A DNA stretch of 63,933 nucleotides, counting the filler, from Mitosporidium daphniae (taxonomy: Eukaryota): NCBI RefSeq assembly GCF_000760515.2. It is 3 parts of 3 records of this genome, joined end to end, with 100 filler letters (N's around TTAATTAATTAA, not from the genome) between each part and the next. Parts side by side here need not be neighbours in the genome. Positions count along the whole stretch, not along the records: positions 43,770 to 63,933 come from NW_013546133.1; 2 more parts are not named here. One strand, written 5' to 3'. Positions 56,914 through 63,933 of the stretch are shown one piece after another (the first letter of the stretch is position 1; each line of letters starts with the position of its first letter). Made by a program: the position numbers and the translations under genes. Under the pieces are notes generated by a model. It did no database searches. It had not been told where the DNA came from and saw only the letters and a program-made list of their open reading frames with translations.

Positions 56914-58642
56914 TTAGTTCCTCTCAAATAAAAGCAATAATTCGTAATGATCTGTCTGGGGAAATAAATCGACCGGGATTGCCCTTTTTATGCAAAATGG
57001 ACCACCTGGGTATCTCTTGGAGGTTGATCGACAAAGACTAGTCAAATGATGAACGGTTTTCAGCTTACTCCTCAAAATTAACAGCGGCCAAATCGGCCTT
57101 ACAAGATATGTAAATGACCTTTTTGATCAGGGGATTGCTTCGCAGAGAATGAATGACCTCCTTTTTGACCCCATTTCTGGGAGGATCCAGGATAACAACG
57201 AACTCATCAGACTTTGAATGCGAAGACAAAACCTTTGGAAGAATCGTTTCAACGGGTCCAGCGATCCACTCCGACTTTTCTGAAATGCCTAGGAAAATGA
57301 GAAATAAAATACCATTTATCGCTGCATTTCTTTTTGCGTCCTCGATGGCCTCAGCAATCAGTTCAATCCCTACAACATGATCAGCAAAGCTTGAAAGAAT
57401 AATTCCAATGGTTCCAGAGCCGCAGCAAAGATCAAGAAGTATCCTATTTTTTTGAACGCTACTTGTGGCATCGCTACCGTCTGCAATAAAAGACCCGGCA
57501 AGCGTAAACAGCTTTTCAGAGGCATATACGTTGGCTTGGAAAAAAGCTTCAATTGAAACCTCAAACTTAAAATCAAGAATGGTCATTGGAAGCGATTTGG
57601 GACCATATATGCTCACTAGGGGCTTCGAAAAATCGAAATTCAAGCTGAGACTTGAGCTTTCTTGATAAGACAAAGAAGCAACACTAACATTCTTATTATC
57701 CTGGCCCTCCCAACTGAAAGATCTGCAAAACTCCTCCAGTCCTTTAAGAGGATAATTTGCATCGCTGGAAAGTTTTGTAACCGAGATCAGGGCCATCACT
57801 AAAAATTACGCCAAAAGATAACCCAAACATTTTCCGTCATCCATTAATCTCAGCAACAGAAGCCTCCAAAACCCACAATGAGTAATTCTATTATAAACTG
57901 CAAATAACGCATCCACTGGCGTGATTCTATCTTGTTGGTAATGTGCGGAAATAAGCCACTCGTTGAAGGCCGCTACGAAGGCCTTCATTCCGGGATGGAC
58001 AATCAGGATTGGGTCTGGCGAACATACAGACAAGTTTTCCTCCATATAAGAGCCCATTGTAAATCCCACGATCGGGTCTTTCCCGGATTCACCCCCAAAT
58101 CCGATAGTAAATTCACATTTGTTTCTATATCCAGTAAGGACGGGGGACGCAACAACATATTCAATAACATGGCTATAGTTAATCCGAGATAGAGCGGATG
58201 ATGCCATTTTCTTTTTCAACTCCAGTTGTTCCGAATATGGATATCGCCAGAACTTTGTTACCTGATCTTGGATCCGTTCGCTTTCTGGAAGGGAGCTGTT
58301 CTTTTTGGATATCGAATAAAAGGCGTCCGACTCGACGTTCAGCTTTCGTTTGGTGAGTGAGTTAATCGAAAGTGGTTTCTTGCATTTTGGATACAAAATC
58401 TTTTTGTTTGAAATGAAATCTTGAAAATCGCTGAGACTCCCCTGGCTAGGGAAGATCATGATACAAGTGTCTTTTTTCGGGTCCTTTTGCACCTTATACT
58501 CATGCTGGAACTCCTTGAGGAGATCCTGTAATTTTGGCGTCAATTCTTTCGCAGTTAGGTATCGCGGGACATTCTGAAGACATAATTTACATTCTTCTTT
58601 TGAGGGTTCTGCAACGATTTCCAAGCCAGCATTTTCTTCCAT
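56914..58642 (-). CDS. TRM2: tRNA (uracil-54-C5)-methyltransferase Trm2/TRMT2A
   Basis: GYRNKCEFTIG, AFFQ.N, LLDLCCGSGTIG, DPPR.G, YISC, VDLFPQT.H.E. Confidence 0.93.
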
Positions 58643-58736
58643 TAAAATTTAAATATTTGCCGCTTCAATTTAATTCGACTTTGAATCGCCACATCATTCA
58701 TAAAAGACTGTGACATTTACATACCAAAAGGGGACG

Positions 58737-60304
58737 ATGAACTTTTTATCCTCCGCTAATAAATTCAACTTTCTTTTTCTCGATCGCTCATATAATGCTA
58801 AGCCTTGCGCGATGACTAAACATCCATCTCCCTTCCCAAGATCCCAATATTTATTAGCCCTGAAACTACAAACTTATTGGGATCGGCTATTCCAGTTTTT
58901 ACTGTCCGAGCCTATTTATTCATCATATTTCTTGGATGCCCTAATGATAAGGTTTTTATAGCTTCATAACTTTAGTATAACGCCTGGAGATGCCTTTATG
59001 AGCAGGCTCTACGAAATCGAAAAAGCACATAGGTTGCACCGCCAAAATGTTTTCATCATCTCCCTGTTAATGATGTCTTTTAGATTCCAGTCCTTGCCGT
59101 GACAAGGACAGACTATTTGCTGGGTGGAGAGTCTGCTCCACAGCTGAAGACCGTTGAATTTAATACCATTGCAACCGGGATGGGTTTGTTAACCGATTCG
59201 CTTTGGTCTATGAGGGAATTTTTATATGGGGCTGATGGAGCAGGTGAAAGGCCCAACTGTGGTCATTTGTATATTGAGTCTTTTTGCGATGCCTTTAATC
59301 TTTGGAATGAGCTTAACAGCGAAAACTCGGCCTTTCCCCCCATTTTCGCTATGATCGTTTTGCCAAATGAAAGAAATATTTTTGAGCACCAGGAAATATG
59401 TGAGCGACTTTTGAAAAAGGGCATCCAAACTCATAGGATAACGCTCTCCGAATTGGGAACATCGGGATCCTTGACCAAAGATCGATATTTAATTTACAAA
59501 GGGTGTGGTTTTCCTTGTCGTGACTTTGTAGGTCTTGCATAGCCGTTGCCTATTTTAGAACCGGCTATGCGCCAAGCAATTTCAATTCTGTAGATGTATT
59601 AATCAGCGCCTAAACGTAGGACTGGAATGGCCGCGATCTCATCGAGGCGTCCAACTGCATCGAATGTCCCTCCTTGGCCTTGCAGTTTATAGGTTCAAAA
59701 AAGGTGCAACAAATGATCGCCGAAGATTCCTTCCCATTGGATTGGTAACTGGATTTGGGTAAACAACCATATAGGATTGTTGGCGATTCCTCTCATTTGC
59801 TTGCCTCCACATTTGTGCAGTTTTTTTCTCTAGATTCGGAAGTACGGAGGTGTGCGGCTGTTGAGTTTATGGAGAAAACCCCAAAAGCCGAGTTTGTACT
59901 AAAACCACAAAGGGAAGGCGGAGGTATTTCGATTTTTTCTGATCTCAAGGCAATAATATTTTCTTTCGAGATGAGATTATGAAAATCATCTCGACAAATC
60001 AGGCTGCCGATCTCGCCCAATATATTCTTATGGAAAGGATCATACCTCCCCCAAAAGCCCGATTTCAAGCCACACTTATTTCAGAAGGGATCACTGAGGA
60101 CGAAGAGCTGTGCACATCTGAGCTTGGAATATTTTCCTCCTTCATAAGGTTAGCATTTCTCAATAACCCGATAGCCATGCTGGCCACATGAGCAAGGAAA
60201 GAATTGGCGGATATATCTTGAGAACCAAATCACTCTCCGTAGATGAAGGCGGGGTTTCGGCTGGGTTTGCATTTCTTGACACTCTTGACCTTTGCGATCC
60301 CTAA
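58737..60304 (+). CDS. GSH2: Eukaryotic glutathione synthetase, multi-intron
   Basis: R.DY, KTVEFNTIA, YFR.GY.P, KKVQQ, FVLKPQREGGG, YILMERI.P, SELG, LRTK....EGGV.AG. Confidence 0.93.
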
Positions 60305-60395
60305 TTGATGTGATTGATGAAAAGCGGCCTTGCGTTTAATAAATTCATACTTGTGGAAAGTTTGCTTTTCAGTAAAATTTAGACCCTCCAGCCGG

Positions 60396-62515
60396 ATGAT
60401 TGCAGAGGCGGAAAATTCGACCGGGTTACCGACTCAATTTGCGGTAAAGAAAACCTATGGGCGCAAAAAAAGACGGCCAGCTGCGCTTCCATCGAAAATA
60501 GAAAAAAGAAGAGAATCAAATGCTAGCCTCTCATCTTTCTTTCCGCATCAGACAACCAATTGCCACTTGAACGTCCATTTTTCGCCTTTCAAAAGTCTGC
60601 AGAAGTACCTTCGTGCTGGAATATCCGCTGCTGAAATGGCCTCTCAGAATGTATTTGACCTGGTACCGACTACCTCCCCCGTTCAAATAAATGCTCTTAG
60701 TAGGCCATCACGAGCGACCACTTCTAAAGGTCAAGCAAAGAGAAAAGTTGTTACTCAGCTGGCGAAGGCCATTTCAGGGGAACCCAATTCGCCAGCTGTT
60801 GTTTCGTTAGAGCCTTGTCCTCAAAACCGCAGTGCCAAAAAGCTCTCGATATCCGAACCCTTATTAAAGGGCCAACAAGCTTTCTCCCCCGAACATGCTA
60901 TTGAGTTATCTCCTTCTGCTAATTTTTTGAAGGAAAATTTTTGTCTGAGTAATTCGATGGAAGAGAATCCATTTCTGGAATCAACATTTTTGTCGAATGC
61001 GAAAAGACCCGAGGCAGAGCCAGTGCTGAAGAGATATCCCGAGGCAGAGCCAGTGCTGAAGAGATATCCCGATGCTACGAAAGCTACGACAAAAGACATT
61101 TCAAACCTTTCACCTCCAAAAGAGATATCCAATGTTTTTAGCCCCGAAGTGTCGACGAAGCCGATGTGTTTGAACGAACCACCTCTATTGTCTACGCTTT
61201 TGTTGAATGCATGCGACCAAGAGCATGTTTTGGATTTTAACTTTTTTATGGAAGAATTCAAGTACTTTGCTTTTTTAATGGGTTAGGGAACACTACCTAA
61301 TTGAAAAGGTCGGAGAGTCCTCATACTCCGAAGTCTTCAAATGTACATCCATTGAACGGGTAGATGGTGGGTCTCAGATGGCTCTAAAAATAATCCCCCT
61401 CAACTTGCAAATAACTAATCATGATAATGCTGAAGAACCTGACCACAATTCTGGTGAGAAGATCCCATACCGAAGCAGACCGCGCGACGTCCTCCATGAG
61501 CTGCTTATCACGCAAGCTTTATCCCCGCCAGATATACTTCCCCCAATCTGGAATGGATTCATTCGCTTGTATGGCGCAGCCTTGGTTTCTGGGGCATATC
61601 CGTCCATTTTAATGCGGTCGTGGCATGATTACGAGTCTAAATTCGGCTCTGAAAATCTTCCCCCCTCGCTCCTGGATCAGTTTATGGATGACCAGCACTA
61701 TATGATCTTGCTTTTGGAATATGGGGGCGTCGATTTAGACCATTTCCCTCTGACAACACTTCCTCAATTGAAAAGCCTTTTTTCGCAATTGGTGCTTGCT
61801 CTTTATGTGGCGCAAAAGGTTTCCATTACAACTCTAACATGGCGGTAGGATTATGCGTTTGAGCATCGAGATCTTCATTTGGGCAATATTTTAATACAAT
61901 CCTGCGACGACCCACATCATCACAACGATGGCAGCAAACGTGATGCGGTGGTTTGTCAAAAAGTACCCATGTTCATTCCTGTGCCTTCCGAATTCAGTGG
62001 GGTATTACCAGAAAATTTTGCATCCAGCGGGATTCAGGCCACAATAATCGATTATTCGCTTTCACGCCTGCAACCAAGTGCCTTTTGTTTCAGCTTAATT
62101 TAGATAAAAATGAAGGAATCCTATATGCCGATCTGGAACTTGACCCGAGCATCTTCGCAGGCGATGGTAGTCGACGAATTTGCCTAAATCCCTAGATCGT
62201 GTAGACATCCAATATGGAGTATATCGAGCCATGCGATCTATTCTTGGATTTCCCAAAGCTTCGCGCCCAAATTGGGAGGGATTCTTTCCATCAACAAATC
62301 TCCTTTGGCTGAAATTTGTTTCGGACAAGCTCTCAAAAAAAATATCGGCCAAACCAAGGATCCACGGAAGAAGGGACACCAACAATATGTCCATGAAGAG
62401 ACTCCTCTCGTCGATCTCCTCGCTTTGTAAACATAACATACCATCTACATCAAATTGCTCTGGACTGACCATGGATTTTGTAGCCAGCATTTTTCATTTG
62501 ATGGACAATTTTTGA
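60396..62515 (+). CDS. Haspin-family histone H3T3 kinase, multi-intron
   Basis: N-terminal KTYGRK motif, KVGE.SYSEVF, FEHRDLH.GNIL, IIDYSLSR, QY..YR.MR, W....P.TN.LWL. Confidence 0.9.
61008..61072 (+). repeat. Exact 30-bp coding duplication (PEAEPVLKRY x2) in haspin
   Basis: CCCGAGGCAGAGCCAGTGCTGAAGAGATAT twice. Confidence 0.95.
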
Positions 62516-62580
62516 AATAAATCAACAAATAAATACCGAATTGCACACCTTCCAATCATAGCTACTTGGCCTTTGTGTCA

Positions 62581-62650
62581 AGCGACATCAGCTATTAAAG
62601 CATTTCTAAATCAGCAGCGACATCAGCTATCAAAGCATTTCTAAATCAGC
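62581..62650. repeat. 35-bp tandem duplication between convergent haspin and thymidine kinase genes
   Basis: AGCGACATCAGCTATYAAAGCATTTCTAAATCAGC x2, one mismatch. Confidence 0.95.
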
Positions 62651-62810
62651 AAAATGCCCAAAACTCCATAGCATATCATTCTGTCTTATTAACAAAGCTA
62701 GAGCATGCTTATGTGGATCTGTTTAAATCGGACCAACTAAACGCCACGCGATCGGTATTTACTCAAACAAAATTTATCGACCAAACTTAAACCAGGCAAA
62801 TCTAAGAGCC

Positions 62811-63527
62811 TCAAAGCTCGTCGGGGAAAACAAGATATGAATGCGTCTCTGTGCGCTTGGCATAACTCTTTGGGTTGCTGAGGATAATCTTTTCTTTGTA
62901 GCACTTGAAACAAGCGGGATGGTAGGTCTCTTCGCATCCAAGCTGAATAGCGGGTCCTTCCAGGGAGGCAACCCCGTCAACATGCTTCAAGGATAATGTC
63001 GCCTTACAGTGTCCACAATAGTAGCATGTGGTCTTGATCTCTTCAATAGAATCAGCCAGTTCAAATAGACGCTTTGAAGCTGGGAAGAGTCTAGAGCGGA
63101 AATCCGTTCGAAGGCCGTAGCAAATGACCGGGATGCCATGGCTAGTTGCGATTTCACGAAGCTCTTCAATGTGGACGGGAGAAAGAAACTGGGCCTCATC
63201 AACCAGCACACAAAAAAGATCCGTGGGATGCTGGAAAACCTCTAGGGACGTCAGATGGAGAAATGAAGATCCATTTTCACGATCTGTATGTGGGATTCCA
63301 TTGCCATCTCCAGAAAGGAAGACACCTTCTTCTGAAGAAAGCAGGATGTCCGCTGCAGATTCGAGCCCAACTTTAGATTTGATGATACGCAGCCCAAATC
63401 GAGTGTCTAGCTTGGGCTTGATCAGAAGAACGGCCCTTCCTTGAATACGGTAGTTTTCAGCCACTGCAAGCAGGTTTAAGGTCTTTGCAGAAGAGACTGT
63501 TCCATAGCGGTAGTATAGTTTAGCCAT
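62811..63527 (-). CDS. tdk: Type II thymidine kinase, bacterial Tdk-like, intronless
   Basis: MAKLYYRYGTVSSAKT, KP..DTR, VLVDEAQFL, PVICYGLRTDF...LF..S..L.ELAD.IEEIKT.C..C, Y...C..C Zn site. Confidence 0.95.
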   Translation of the reverse strand: MAKLYYRYGTVSSAKTLNLLAVAENYRIQGRAVLLIKPKLDTRFGLRIIKSKVGLESAADILLSSEEGVFLSGDGNGIPHTDRENGSSFLHLTSLEVFQHPTDLFCVLVDEAQFLSPVHIEELREIATSHGIPVICYGLRTDFRSRLFPASKRLFELADSIEEIKTTCYYCGHCKATLSLKHVDGVASLEGPAIQLGCEETYHPACFKCYKEKIILSNPKSYAKRTETHSYLVFPDEL

Positions 63528-63550
63528 CGATGTGATGCAAATTTGTTTGA

Positions 63551-63933
63551 CCAGCTTCAGTTCGCTATTTGCTCCATCTTTACGATTGGAATTTCGGACT
63601 AAATTTTCAAATTTTGCTTTGCCACCTCGTTATTTTGTCGGACAAGATTGACTTGCAAAGAATTTTCACGTCTGCCCATTTGAACCAGCTCAAACGAGAT
63701 CAGAAAGAGACAGCTCTTCTGCCGTGGCAAGAATTCTTTTCCACGGTTTTGAAGAGCCTTTGGTCACCCACCTGTTCTGCAGACAATCCAATTCCCAACT
63801 GGGACAGTATCCTCAAACTGAGTGATCAAAAGTCTATTGATGAGCTTAAATTGATCCTTTTTTGTGAGAGCAGGCCGAACAAAAAAATTGAAAAAATCTT
63901 TCAAACCAGCGACGTAGGGAAGAAACTTTTCCC
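63551..63933 (+). CDS. Possible 5' part of an unidentified gene running off the window
   Basis: Stop-free frame of ~127 codons to the window end (…LQRIFTSAHLNQLKR…); no in-frame ATG located. Confidence 0.25.

Overview
Gene-dense eukaryotic DNA, not prokaryotic. It is three contigs (1-21800, 21901-43669, 43770-63933) joined by artificial N/TTAATTAATTAA spacers. About 37 protein genes and 3 tRNAs lie close together; many spacers are only 15-150 bp. Many genes are split by tiny (mostly 22-37 nt) GT-AG introns with degenerate donors, which is why the ORF track is fragmented. Genes for mitochondrial respiration and translation (heme lyase, MRPS16, mt-TrpRS, MDJ1, EHD3, a COA3-like gene) occur together with a bacterial-type thymidine kinase. 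This suggests an early-diverging, mitochondriate microsporidian relative (Mitosporidium/Rozellomycota-like; inference). Most notable: (1) a PCNA whose residue 164, the canonical ubiquitin/SUMO lysine, is serine; (2) a half-length Integrator subunit 4, plus a BRF2-like fragment, hinting at metazoan-style snRNA machinery; (3) a minimal 296-aa Mus81; (4) tRNA genes sitting in protein-gene promoter or terminator space; (5) long introns with candidate cargo (a C/D snoRNA, hairpins, a microsatellite); (6) recurrent TTAGGG-type motifs in spacers; (7) an unexplained ~600-bp region next to a (TTAGGG)3 tract; (8) a MITE at the window start. All gene calls come from motif recognition and manual splicing, not database searches.
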